A stretch of DNA of 64,000 bases from Paramoeba atlantica (taxonomy: Eukaryota > Protista > Discosea): contig CDRNVI010000011.1 of the NCBI GenBank assembly GCA_977017575.1, positions 62,001-126,000 of the forward strand, given 5' to 3'. The notes beneath the pieces are model-generated. The model was not told the origin of the DNA and ran no database searches. It worked only from the letters and a program-made list of their open reading frames with translations. This document shows positions 22,274 to 33,503 of this stretch, piece after piece (positions within the stretch are counted from its first letter, which is position 1; each line of letters opens with the position of its first letter). Both the position numbers and the translations under genes were made by a program.

Positions 22274-22771
22274 ATGCTACACAGTTCTAGCGTATGCCGA
22301 AACTACTATGTTTCTGCAGCAAAAATTGTGAATCCAAGCAATCAAATACACTCCGGCCCACGGTGGTTTACCGAACCTGAACGCTTATTGCAGCATAAGA
22401 TTTTATACTTCACGCTTGGTGTGGACACCTTACCTCTTCGGAGAGTGGGTATCATTCGAGCTGAGCGGCAGCGCATGCGAATGGCACCGGCCACCGCGTT
22501 GAATAGTTCTACCGATCCGACAGGTTATCGCCGTTCACGCATTACACAACTGAATCTCTGGTACAAACGTTGCATGTACCAGGAGTGGTGGCTGGAGCAT
22601 TTGTACACCCGATTCGCCTGGGGCCGCTGTGGATACTACCCCACGGGAGGAGGGAAAATATCTGGTGTGTACGAGAGAGGGGTTTGGGGCTATGATCGTC
22701 TCTCTATTGATCGCTATAGTCGAGAACCATTGCCGGCACAAGCAAGGGAAATATACGAGCGTCGCAAATAG
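22274..22771 (+). CDS. conserved-looking basic aromatic protein, probable mitochondrial/mitoribosomal component
   Basis: 165-aa Arg/Trp/Tyr-rich ORF from ATG 22274. The longer ORF-track version only runs through the minisatellite. Confidence 0.6.
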   Translation: MLHSSSVCRNYYVSAAKIVNPSNQIHSGPRWFTEPERLLQHKILYFTLGVDTLPLRRVGIIRAERQRMRMAPATALNSSTDPTGYRRSRITQLNLWYKRCMYQEWWLEHLYTRFAWGRCGYYPTGGGKISGVYERGVWGYDRLSIDRYSREPLPAQAREIYERRK

Positions 22772-22958
22772 ATGTTCAGCAATGAACTGTCGTACATGTA
22801 CATTGTGAGGCAATTAAAAGATTATCATAATCATGAAAGTAGTACGTATTCTATATGGTACAGTTATAATAGTAAAAAGAAATTCTTTTGATATTTGAGC
22901 ATTCTATAACTAGTTGCTTGTCATCTACGATCTTCTTCCTTTTCGACTCTCCATTCCA

Positions 22959-23642
22959 ATGATAGCTCATTCAGGTGAGATTTTATTTTCATTGACTGTT
23001 GGTTTCTTCCTTTGGTGTGCACTATTCTCCCTCGTTCGGTATTACTTTAGTGCTGCATCTAGGGAATATGCCAGTCGTATTGTTAGTCTTATGCACTCAG
23101 TTATCATCTGCATATTGTCGTGGAATGCGTGGTCACTTCAAATTGAGCCTCTACCAGGAGGGGAAACAAGTGATTCACAAGTTGTTGCTCTCTTGTTTTC
23201 AGCTTCTTACTTCGTTTATGACGGAGTGGTCTCATACGTTTACGGTTTTTCGGAGTGCCATTTTCTCATACATCATGTTGTGTCAGCAGTGGCGCTCTTG
23301 GACTCCGTTTTTTCTGGGATGTCGGGATGGGAGCTGAATATGGGACTTTTGCTAATGGAAGCCTCCAATCCTTTTTATCACACAATGTGGATTTTTCACC
23401 ACGACAAAAAGCGAGTGACATGGGTCAATTGGGCATGTGAGCGAGTGTTTGCTCTTTCCTTCTTACTGCTACGTCTGATCTTTGTTCCTTTGCTTGTATA
23501 TCACGTTATCACGCAATCTTACGTGAGCATTTTGTTGAAGATATTGGCATGTGCTATGCAAATATTTAATATTGTATTTGCAATTAAAATAGTTAAAATT
23601 ATTGCTGCTTCTGCCAACGGAACGGGATATGCCATCTTCTAA
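22959..23642 (+). CDS. TLC (TRAM/LAG1/CLN8) domain membrane protein
   Basis: Multiple TM helices with SRIVSLMHS, SYFVYD, FLIHHVV and LLMEASNPF. Confidence 0.85.
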   Translation: MIAHSGEILFSLTVGFFLWCALFSLVRYYFSAASREYASRIVSLMHSVIICILSWNAWSLQIEPLPGGETSDSQVVALLFSASYFVYDGVVSYVYGFSECHFLIHHVVSAVALLDSVFSGMSGWELNMGLLLMEASNPFYHTMWIFHHDKKRVTWVNWACERVFALSFLLLRLIFVPLLVYHVITQSYVSILLKILACAMQIFNIVFAIKIVKIIAASANGTGYAIF

Positions 23643-23853
23643 AACCTTTGTCCAGCGAATTTTGCGCCACGATTTCTTTTGTACTTGAAAAGAAATTTTT
23701 GTTCTTGAAAAAGAAAGGAATACTCTAGTCTCATGAAAACGTATGCACTAGATTGGCTGGCTACGCTTACCAAGTTCTAGTGTAAATCAGTTACTTTTCG
23801 AGGTCATCCCAATTCTAATTAAAATAGTTAATTCTTCGTCAAATTATTTTTTA

Positions 23854-24807
23854 ATGTGCTTTGAAGATGACGAATTGACTGATTGTAAAAAGGTGATGAC
23901 CCAGCTTTTGCGCGGTATCCCGATGCGTACTCGTGGGGACTCAACGGAACTTCTGATCGCGGAAGGTACTTTCGCCACCTTATGGAGGTCTAAGGACGGT
24001 TTACGTGCCCTTAAAAAATCAGATCTTCCTCCACCAAAGGCGGGCTCCATTACCCCAGTAGGGTGTCTACAATGGAAAACGTTCCTCACTGAAGTTGCGG
24101 TGCTGCGCAAAGTATCACATCCAAAAATTGTGCACTACATAGAAGCCTATCGGACCCACTCACATGGCTACATTTCCATGAAGTGGGTCGAAGGTAAAAC
24201 GCTACTGAGTCACCTCATGGATTCCACTTCACCCCTGCGAAATGTTTGCTTTTTCGTCACTTACGTGCTTTGTCCCTTAACAGAGGTACTATTACATCTT
24301 CACCATCTTGGCATAGCACATCGTGATATACGTCTGGAGAATGTTATGTTTGACGAGACCATTAATGAGGTCAAGCTCATTGATTTCGGCTCAGCCTTTG
24401 TCGACAACACTCAAAATCGGGCCGAAGAGGTCAAGATACCTTGTAGTGAATCTGATAATGTTGCCTCAGGTTCTCCCCTCTTTCTAAGTAGTGAACGCGT
24501 GAATCAGGCGCTCGGTTTCGGTAAGACAACCTTATCGCTCGAAGAATACTCTCAGGCCGACATTTATGCATTAGGAATATTGACTTACATTGCTCTTTAT
24601 GGAACACATCCCTATTTCGTGCACCGTGCTGATTCCCTTACGTCTCTTCGTGATAAGCTAAATACCAAAATTCAAGACTTTCATAGTACCGGCAATGGCT
24701 CTTTAGACGGTGTCATTGCTCGGATGCTTCATCCAGAACCAACGCAGAGACCGAACGTTCAAAATTTACTTCATGATTTGAAGGTGATTAAGAGGCAAGG
24801 AATATGA
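23854..24807 (+). CDS. Ser/Thr protein kinase with divergent loops
   Basis: HRDIRLEN, DFG and ADIYALG present. Gly-loop reduced to AEGTFA and APE replaced by SSE. Confidence 0.85.
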   Translation: MCFEDDELTDCKKVMTQLLRGIPMRTRGDSTELLIAEGTFATLWRSKDGLRALKKSDLPPPKAGSITPVGCLQWKTFLTEVAVLRKVSHPKIVHYIEAYRTHSHGYISMKWVEGKTLLSHLMDSTSPLRNVCFFVTYVLCPLTEVLLHLHHLGIAHRDIRLENVMFDETINEVKLIDFGSAFVDNTQNRAEEVKIPCSESDNVASGSPLFLSSERVNQALGFGKTTLSLEEYSQADIYALGILTYIALYGTHPYFVHRADSLTSLRDKLNTKIQDFHSTGNGSLDGVIARMLHPEPTQRPNVQNLLHDLKVIKRQGI

Positions 24808-24978
24808 AGAGTGGCGGAAGTGTGCACATTTAAGTTGTTTCATAACTATAACGTTTAGAAAAGAAAGGGTCTCTGCCCGAAGACGATTCAGGTCGTGAGT
24901 CTCCCATCCACCGACCTCTTTTATCTTTACCTTTCCAAAATCACTCTCCTTCCCCCTACAAACCACCCCCAACCCCCC

Positions 24979-26217
24979 ATGTCTCTCCCCTACCTCAAAG
25001 CCCCCGTCCCCACCATCCCCGTCGATGCCATCTTCGCCCTCGCCCGTCGTTTCACCGAGGACCCCACCCCCCACAAAGTCGACCTCGGCATCGGAGCCTA
25101 CCGCGACGCCAACGGCCGCCCCTACCTCCTTAACGTCGTCCACGAGGCCGAGAAACGCCTTCTCGCCAACGCCCACCCCAAGGAGTACCTCCAAAGCGAC
25201 GGGTACGCGAAATTCACCGCTCTCGCCGTCCAGCTGCTCTACGGCCCCGCCGCCCCCCTGGGTCGCATCGCGCGCTCCCAGACCCTCTCCGGCACCGGGG
25301 CGCTTCGTCTCGCCGCGGAGTTCCTGGCCACCTTCAAAGGGCGCGACAGCCCAGTCTACTGCAGCGCCCCCACCTGGCCGAACCACATGAATATTTTTGC
25401 CCACGCCGGGTACACGAACTGCCGAAACGCCTACCGCTACTTTGATGCCAAAACCCGCGGGGTGGATTTCGAAGGGCTTCTGGAGGATGTGAACCAAATG
25501 CCCCGGGGCGCCATTGTGGTGTTGCAAGTCGCCGCGCATAACCCCACGGGCGCGGACCTCTCGAAGGCCCAGTGGGGGGTACTGGCGAAGGCGCTGCGCG
25601 CACGGGAGGATATTGCGGTCCTGATGGATAGCGCGTACCAGGGGTACGCGAGTGGGGACCTGGAAGCGGATGCCACACCGGTGCGGATTTTTATGGAGCA
25701 GGATTTGAAGTTCCTGGTGGCGCAGTCGTTTGCGAAGAATATGGGGTTGTATGGAGAGCGTGTGGGGTGTTTAAGTGTGGTGTGTCCGGATGAGGCCACG
25801 GTTCAGGCGGTGGGGACGCAGTTAAAGGGGTTGGTACGTGCGTCCTACAGTAACCCTCCGCGACACGGGGCCATGATTGTGACGGAAATTTTGGGAAACG
25901 AAACGCTTCGCGCGAAATGGGTCACGGAGCTGCAGTCCATGGCGAACCGTATTCGAAGCATGCGAGAGGCACTTCGGCGTGAGCTCGAAAAATTGGGGAC
26001 ACCTGGGTCATGGAATCACATTACAGATCAAATCGGGATGTTTTCCTACTTGGGGCTTACGCCAGCACAGTGTACGGATCTTGTAGAAAACCATCACATC
26101 TACTTGACTCAACAAGCTCGTATATCTGTGGCGGGATTGAATGAAGGAAACGTTGCTCGTGTTGCCCGAGCAATGAACGATGTCATTCTACGTACGGAAT
26201 CAAAGTCTAAAATATAA
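24979..26217 (+). CDS. aspartate aminotransferase (PLP class I) with PTS1-like C-terminal SKI
   Basis: KVDLGIGAYRD, QTLSGTGALR, AHNPTG, DSAYQGYASG and QSFAKNMGLYGERVG. ATG at 24979. Confidence 0.95.
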   Translation: MSLPYLKAPVPTIPVDAIFALARRFTEDPTPHKVDLGIGAYRDANGRPYLLNVVHEAEKRLLANAHPKEYLQSDGYAKFTALAVQLLYGPAAPLGRIARSQTLSGTGALRLAAEFLATFKGRDSPVYCSAPTWPNHMNIFAHAGYTNCRNAYRYFDAKTRGVDFEGLLEDVNQMPRGAIVVLQVAAHNPTGADLSKAQWGVLAKALRAREDIAVLMDSAYQGYASGDLEADATPVRIFMEQDLKFLVAQSFAKNMGLYGERVGCLSVVCPDEATVQAVGTQLKGLVRASYSNPPRHGAMIVTEILGNETLRAKWVTELQSMANRIRSMREALRRELEKLGTPGSWNHITDQIGMFSYLGLTPAQCTDLVENHHIYLTQQARISVAGLNEGNVARVARAMNDVILRTESKSKI

Positions 26218-26788
26218 AGCCATGGTATAATGTGAATAATTCAATTAGCGGTTGCTAAATGCGATAGGAATCATCATTCATTGCATTTTTTATTGGGCGG
26301 CATGATGCAAGATCCGAAAAAGAAGTTGTCCATTGTAATTGAGGAGAGGGCTGAACAGAACTTATTGGTAGTTTTGGGCTCAAAATAGTGTGTGTCGTCC
26401 AGATTAGCTTTATGCACTCAGTTTTTTGGAGATTTGATATCATACTAATCTTGTAACAAACTTGAAAAATATTTTTGCTGTTTGTATAGCACGAAAGCGC
26501 TGTTTGCGTGGCTGGCAGATGTTCAGTCGATGATTAGTGTATGTGCTTCTTTTGCTTTTTCCATCATTTGTATGCTGTACAGGTTACGAATTGGTTTGTA
26601 AAACTTTGTAGACATGTGCCATAGTTACAGTACTGCTACTAGTAGTAGTTGCAGCACGTTTTGAGAAAAGGAAATAATTTCATGTTTGCTACTTGGTTTG
26701 CTTGTCGCTTTCTTCTAGATCAAGGTGAATATTTCGTTGAAATTTCTTTTTCTTTGGAACAAAGTGTAATAAATTAAATTGTTTATAC

Positions 26789-27355
26789 ATGGACTACCGG
26801 CGTGCTCACAAAGTGCGAGGTACATCTTTACCCGCCGAATTCATGCTGCTTCAAATGATTAAAGATATTCGTAACCCGCTGTCATCGTGGACAGCGGACA
26901 CAGCTGCATGCAAATGGAAGGGAGTACGGTGCTCTGAGGATGGAATACTCACCGAATTCTTAGTGGACAGTCACAATCTTATTGGAACTTTGCAATGGGA
27001 AAAGTTTCCCCGTTCGTTGGTAAGATTTTGTGTTCATCGCAACGAATTATCAGGTGATGTAGACCTCAGTGACTTGCCGCCAAATCTTGCTTTTCTTCGT
27101 GGTTCGTACAACAACTTTACCGGCACTCCAGATTTGTGTCACCTTCCTAAATCCCTTGAAGAAATATTTTTTTCCCGAAATCAATTAAGTGGGCACGTTG
27201 ATTTTTCTTGTCTTCCTTCCGGTATGCGGACTCTAGCATTGCGGCACAATACAGGCCTTACGGGAACAAAGAGAGCAAGTGAGCTCCCTTCAAGTTTGTC
27301 TTATTGCCCAGTACATGAGACATCGATCATAGAAATTGACGATATGAAGAAATAG
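26789..27355 (+). CDS. leucine-rich repeat protein (same family)
   Basis: WTADTAACKWKGVRC cap and LPxxL LRRs. Confidence 0.88.
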   Translation: MDYRRAHKVRGTSLPAEFMLLQMIKDIRNPLSSWTADTAACKWKGVRCSEDGILTEFLVDSHNLIGTLQWEKFPRSLVRFCVHRNELSGDVDLSDLPPNLAFLRGSYNNFTGTPDLCHLPKSLEEIFFSRNQLSGHVDFSCLPSGMRTLALRHNTGLTGTKRASELPSSLSYCPVHETSIIEIDDMKK

Positions 27356-28116
27356 AGATTTGACTGATTTAGTACAAAGACTGGTGTTCAGCGATATTCC
27401 ACTCTCCTACATGTTGTGAATATTGATTTTCAAAAATTCTTATATGCCTCCGTTTTTCGACCCAATGGCTTCCCCGAAAACCGAGGTGCGGAGAGCTGGG
27501 CAACCGCTAGGTGCAGAGAGCTGGGGGTCGCGGGCAGCGAAGAACACGTCTAATGGTCCTCGACGGAGGACACCGTGATGCCTGGCCTCTTCGAAAAGGT
27601 ACAAGAGAGAGAGATGAGAGCCGAGAGAGGGAAGCACACTCACACCAGGGGAGTGAGCCGGGGAGGGGTGAGGGCGCGTTCCCCGCTTCAGCAATAAAGA
27701 GGAACGGTTCCGGCCTTAGTGTTGGCCGGCAACGGGTATAAAAGTTTCAGTAAGAGTTTGCCCGTTGCCGAGGAAAGAAAGGTTGGGCTAAGGTTATGTA
27801 CCAACAAAGTACAGAAGGACAGTATCTTTTAAAATGTATGAGAAATTCCATATTATGCCGTGAGGTTTAAAGCCCTTGTTCCGAGGTATTTACGTGAACT
27901 GTATCAATTTGAGGATATACAGAGATTATTCACTTTGTTCGTACGATTTTCTATTTTTGGGGGGACACGCATTCTGGCACAAAATAGATTTCCATTGATG
28001 CACGCTGCATTATCACGAACTGTAATTATGATTTTTAAAGCTCTGGCTTTCATTAATCGCTTGTATCAGCCCAGCACAGAGAAGTAGGATTCTGGGATAC
28101 GATTTTTCCTTTCTAG

Positions 28117-28174
28117 CTGATGATAAAACTCATAACGTGATCGACCATGATTTATGTGACTAGGAAGAGTCTGA
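28117..28174 (+). ncRNA. box C/D snoRNA candidate
   Basis: CTGATGA ... GTGA ... CATGATT ... CTGA. The D-guide TAGGAAGAGT can pair with LSU GCUCUUCCUA. Confidence 0.5.
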
Positions 28175-28416
28175 ATAATACATTTGTATTGCAGTCGTAT
28201 AGAATTGCACTCTTACTCTGTAAAATGCGATCCTGGTCCAATTAACGTTTTTAACTCTCAGGTTTCCTGTGTTGTTTTCCACTCAAAATATATTCTGATA
28301 CTGAAAATATATTTTGATCGTGCTCAAAGCTCTCGTGGAATAGTCGCAATAATATTTTTTATTTATCAAATATCGCTCATCAAGTGTATCTAACTTCTAG
28401 CTTTACTCTCGCAATC

Positions 28417-29118
28417 ATGTCTGACGGAGCGTACAGCTTTAGTCTCACAACTTTTAACCCAAGCGGGAAATTGCTGCAGATTGAATATGCACTGAAGGCT
28501 GTGGGACATGGTGGCTCTTCGTTGGGCATTAAAACCGAAACCGGGGTAGTTATTGCAACTGAACGCCGGGTGCCCACATCTCTTGTCGTTGCGGAAGACG
28601 TACATAAAATTTTTCTCTTGGACTCTCATGTTGGATGCGTCTACAGTGGCATCGGCCCAGACGCGAAGCTTCTAGTTGCGAAGGCGCGAAAGATTTGCCA
28701 AGTGTACCGTTTGCAGTATGAGGAACCTATTCCGGTTCGGCAGCTTGTTCGTGAGATTGCGGAAGTAATGCAGGAGTACACTCAAAGTGGTGGTGTGAGG
28801 CCGTTTGGTGTCTCCCTTCTTGTGTGTGGTTGGGACACGTTAGGGAGTGCTTTGTACCAAGTCGATCCCAGTGGAAGCTACTTTCCGTGGAAAGCAACAG
28901 CTATTGGACGAAACGCAGTCACTGCCCGAACGTATTTAGAAAAGAGGTACGTGGCCGACATGGTCCGCGAAGATGCTATACACACAGCCCTCCTTACACT
29001 AAAGGAAAGTATGGACGACAAGCTAAGTTCTCAAAGCATCGAAGTAGGAATAGTTCTTCCAAACGAGTTTCGAATTATAAGTGGAGAAGAATTGTTAGAC
29101 TACTTGGGGGATATGTAG
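28417..29118 (+). CDS. PSMA2: 20S proteasome subunit alpha-2
   Basis: YSFSLTTFNPSGKLLQIEYAL and QEYTQSGGVRPFGVSLL. Confidence 0.95.
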   Translation: MSDGAYSFSLTTFNPSGKLLQIEYALKAVGHGGSSLGIKTETGVVIATERRVPTSLVVAEDVHKIFLLDSHVGCVYSGIGPDAKLLVAKARKICQVYRLQYEEPIPVRQLVREIAEVMQEYTQSGGVRPFGVSLLVCGWDTLGSALYQVDPSGSYFPWKATAIGRNAVTARTYLEKRYVADMVREDAIHTALLTLKESMDDKLSSQSIEVGIVLPNEFRIISGEELLDYLGDM

Positions 29119-29398
29119 TACACCGTAATTGCCGATATGGGGTACTGTCTCAGCACATGCTTTACCACAAACGTGCAATTAATTTTGAGTGCGACTTATT
29201 GAAGAAAGAGTCCTTTATTGATACTGCTATAAATGAAAATAACATACATGTCATGTTCACCACAACATGTAATACATACATGTAATAACATGCATGTCAT
29301 GTATGTTCGTCGATGTCATGTATGTTTGTCAACATTGTATTGTAAAATTTATGTTCAGCATTCGTTTCTTTAACGGACTTTCTCAGTTCCTACTCTGC

Positions 29399-29457
29399 AT
29401 GATGATTTCATAGGATAGAGCCGTTTGATTGACCTTGAAACAGTTTACCTCAACTGA
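29399..29457 (+). ncRNA. box C/D snoRNA candidate (U49-like guide)
   Basis: ATGATGA at 29399, then guide ATAGGATAGAGCCG before D'-like TTGA, and CTGA at 29454. The guide matches LSU CGGCUCUUCCUAU with one bulge. Confidence 0.6.
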
Positions 29458-29581
29458 ATCATGTTTTGCTCTTAATACGGTAAGGTGAATTGTAGTTCCT
29501 ACAAGGATAGGTTGAAGAACAGTCTCCACAGAATATTTTTAGTGTGCATATTTTAAGCCTTTTATCTTTGATGATTCACTC

Positions 29582-32297
29582 ATGAGCTCCGAGAACGCTG
29601 TTGCAGAAGTATTACAAAGCCTAGTGTTGTTACATAATGTAGACTCTCCTTTGGAACTCCCTTTCTCTTCAGCTCAGATCAGTGAACTAAGAAAAAAGTT
29701 AGAAGGTGTACAAGTGACGAGAGATCACATTCTTGATGTTGAGTTCACGTTTCCCGAAAAGAGCTCTCCTGTGAAGGTTGGATTTAAAGTGATTGACAGT
29801 TTCCCTCATCTCATAGGCGAATTTACGGCAAAAACATCGATTTCTATTATTGAGGGTGCTGAAAATCCAGTTGGTAATGGCGATTTATTCAACCACTCTA
29901 GGAGAAACGAAGGTGCTGGTATCTGTGTGAGATCCTCGGAAAAGAATGAAACACCTTACCTACCACTCAGCTTACTAGCTTCTCTTCAAATTCCTGTCAT
30001 TAGCCCTTTAATTCAAAGCACGTCACGAGTAGTAGCCGAGATCACAGGAAATGTCGTTGATAAAAAAACGCCTACTATGATTATCTCTTGCATACCATGC
30101 GACTATCTTCAAGGACTAGATGGGATACTGGTGATGTCGACATTCACGTTGCGGTCACAGGGGCTAATATCTACACAACCAGTACTGTTAGGTACTCGTC
30201 GAGCATTCATTTTGCACTCGCAGCATAGTATTTTAAAAAAAGATAGTGAAGAGCTTTCAAATTTACTGGTTGTTGCTAGGTCAGAAACCAAGTGGTTTAT
30301 CCGCGCTGATATCTCCCACTTCGTTTCACAATCTAACCAGGGAAAATGTTTTATCGGGTTCAGAACCTAAAGAAATTAGCATCGCGATGCACGTTTTGTC
30401 AAGACACGATACTGATTCCTCGCCTTCTTCCGTAACGTTGCACCCCGTTGACAAGGCTGATATTTATCGCACAGGTCAAGAGCTGTATGTCTCTGAATCG
30501 ATAAACAGCTACATCGAAAATCAAAAACCATTCCTAACATGGCATGACGGTGATATGATTGCCTGTGCTATTCAGCCCAACGGATTTAACTCTTTTTGGG
30601 AACTAGAAACTACATGTGTGAAAGACATATTGCCTCATAGCAGTACGCAGTACGGTTCGCGATATAACTATTTTCGAGTAGAAGGCTCAGGAACCGGCTC
30701 GGCTTCCGTGGTTCTGGGAAGCTCGCACTGCGTGAAAGGGATTGCCAACCATTCAGGCACCTTTGCTACTCTCGGCCCTTTACCCTCAGTTCCTGTATCG
30801 AATGAGATAAAATACTTGCCATGCTTTGAAGAAACGAAAAGTAAGGTATGTCAAATGTTTTTCTCCAGGCAACTTGTGCGACAAGAGCAGACGTGTGGTG
30901 ATCGTGCCCTGCAGTCATACGCCTTCCTTGCGCTCGGCTCCGAAGAGAATCTTCTCTCTCAGCAAATGTGTTGCGCGGTGCAGTCTGCGGGGTACAATCC
31001 CATCTCTATACACTTTGCTCTTTTAGGAAATGCAGAGCTTCTGTCTTCTCTTAAACGTCTAGGTGGGCAAGATTTTTCCTGTTGCTTTATCCTCCACAAC
31101 ATTGTGTTGGATGACGATACCGTTAAACTACAGACACTAGCTGAAACCCTTCATGAAATCTCAACCCTCACGCCCATTATTGTTTGCGTCGAAGACTTAG
31201 AATGTCCCAACACATTTCGTTACCTCTTTCCCATTGTTCACATCGTCTCGAATCCCTCCGAGCAGGAAAGGCGGAGCTATCTTCCCCACTTATTGCGTCG
31301 CCGGGTGTTAAGCCGGGCTATCGACATGGAAGTGGTAGCGTCCGCAACCAATGCTATGTCTTATCGTGATCTTACCGCTGTAGCTGCAACAATTCCCCAT
31401 GATACCGTGATCTCGGAAAAACTGCTCCTCGATGCCATCCATCAGCACGCGTCCCGTATTGGTGTTCGGCAAACCTCAACCCAAATCGAACGCACCCACT
31501 GGGATGACATTGGAGGGCTTCGTGAGGCGAAGGAAAAGATACTGGAGAAAGTCTACCTTCCGTTGCGTCACCCCCAGCTTCGCAAGGTCGCCCAGCACTC
31601 CGGGATGATCCTGTATGGACCCCCGGGGTGTGGGAAAACGCTGTTAGCCAAAGCTGTGGCCACAGAATGTAGAATGAATTTTTTAAATGTCAAGGGATCG
31701 GAGTTACTCAACATGTACGTTGGGGAATCCGAGAAAAATGTGCGAAAAACATTTGCCGATGCGCGAGCATGTAGTCCGTGCGTTTTATTCTTTGATGAGC
31801 TGGACGCGTTGGCCCCACGACGGGGGGCGAAAGGAGATTCCGGGGGTGTGATGGATCGCATTGTTTCGCAGCTGTTGGCTGAGCTGGATGGGGCGTTGAG
31901 CGGGGAACATGATGCTTTTGTTTTCGTGCTGGGCGCGACTAACCGTCCCGACCTGTTGGATAAATCGCTGCTTCGACCTGGTAGGTTTGACCAGAGCTGC
32001 TATCTGGGCCCTCCACGTAAGCGGGACGATATTAAAAGCGTTCTAGAGTCACTTACGCGGAAGTGCAAATTGGATTCTGACGTAGACTTGGATGCACTTA
32101 TTGACAGAATGCCTCGGTTAGGGGCTTACACTGGGGCAGATTATTATAATCTTGTTTCCGATGCGTTGCTCGAGGCCTTGGACGACACGGGGGAGATAAT
32201 AATTAATCAGAGCCATCTTGTCGGAGCTTTGAAAGCTCTATCTCCCTCTCTGAGTGAGGAAGACATGGAAAAATATACTTCGCTAGAGCAAAAATAG
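29582..32297 (+). CDS. PEX6: peroxin PEX6-like AAA ATPase, apparently split by a frameshift between 30237 and 30370
   Basis: Second ORF has a canonical D2 AAA module (WDDIGGL, GPPGCGKT, FFDELD, GATNRPDLLD..LLRPGRFD) and a degenerate D1. The upstream 262-aa ORF overlaps it, and only 16 nt separate its stop from the next ATG. Confidence 0.7.
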
Positions 32298-32544
32298 GAA
32301 ACTTGCTTTTGCTGAGTTTTTGCGCGAAAATGCACTTCAAAAAAATTTACTACTCTGAAAAAGTGTACAACCAGTTAGGGGTGTAACTTGTCTTTTGATT
32401 GTATCCCACGTAACCATATTCCAGTTTGGTTTTGAAAATTTTACTTCCCCCCTATTTCCTATGTACATGTATGCTGCACCCTACTTCACTTGAATTAAAA
32501 ATTTCTCATTCGCATCTCCTGTGCCTGATTAGGAACCGAACGTA

Positions 32545-33345
32545 ATGTTCGCAGTTGTGCTGACCTCTCTGCTGCTAGTGAGCTTGAGTATTCTTTTTCT
32601 TATTCGACAGAACGATGTAATTCGCCACTCATCCAAGCCGACATATCGTATACCGGAGGACACCACAGAATGTGCAGATTGGCTACTGTACCTTGTCGAA
32701 CTCTGGATGAACCAGAGTAATAATTTAGAGCTATTGGAGAAGAACGTCGCAGATCAAATGCTCCTAGCTTTGCAAAATTCGCCGCTTTCGAGTGCTTCAC
32801 TCTCATGCTTTTCCTTGGGAGTCGAGGTGCCACGTATGCTTGTCATACGAAATCGCTCCACGGCAACAGAACTGGACTACGATATGCTTGTGGAGTATAG
32901 TGGCAGTTTTCAACTTGGCATTCGCGGGGCCCTACGGGTTTCATCATTGGGCCTGCTTCCTCTTGCGGTAAAGTTTTCGAATCTTCGTCTAGTCGCTTTG
33001 ATTCGCATAAAAATAGGTGTGACTGATTACCAGGAGGATGAAACCTCGCAGACAAATAAATGTGCGAAACATTATGTCCAGTTCTGTCTCCTTGAGGAAC
33101 CCTCGTTTTACTTTCACTTCGGATCATGTATAGGCTCTAGATGGGAAATTAAAAACAGCCATCTTCTCACACGTGCGTTTCGATGGGCTATCCTCCTTGC
33201 GGTTCGAAGAATTATCTTTCCACAATATTTCGAATTGAGAGACATAATACTGCCTTCACTGTCGCCAATGTCAAATTTTAGTGAGTCCGGCATATCTGAT
33301 AAGGAAAGGAAAAGAAAGGTTGCGGAAGAACCTTTCGAAGGCTAA
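32545..33345 (+). CDS. SMP/TULIP lipid-transfer domain protein with N-terminal membrane anchor
   Basis: N-terminal TM helix, ECADWLLYLVELW, FSLGVEVP and YSGSFQLG. Confidence 0.65.
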   Translation: MFAVVLTSLLLVSLSILFLIRQNDVIRHSSKPTYRIPEDTTECADWLLYLVELWMNQSNNLELLEKNVADQMLLALQNSPLSSASLSCFSLGVEVPRMLVIRNRSTATELDYDMLVEYSGSFQLGIRGALRVSSLGLLPLAVKFSNLRLVALIRIKIGVTDYQEDETSQTNKCAKHYVQFCLLEEPSFYFHFGSCIGSRWEIKNSHLLTRAFRWAILLAVRRIIFPQYFELRDIILPSLSPMSNFSESGISDKERKRKVAEEPFEG

Positions 33346-33503
33346 GCGCATATCCATGGCGCGCCTTGAAATCAAAAATATTGATGGATGAATATAATTA
33401 TTTGGTGTGCGTAAATATGAAGGGGCGATTCGTTGATAAATGTCCTTGTTTAATTCTACAAAATTCGGTACTATAGGTACGAATTTTCTCGTATTTTGTT
33501 TCA

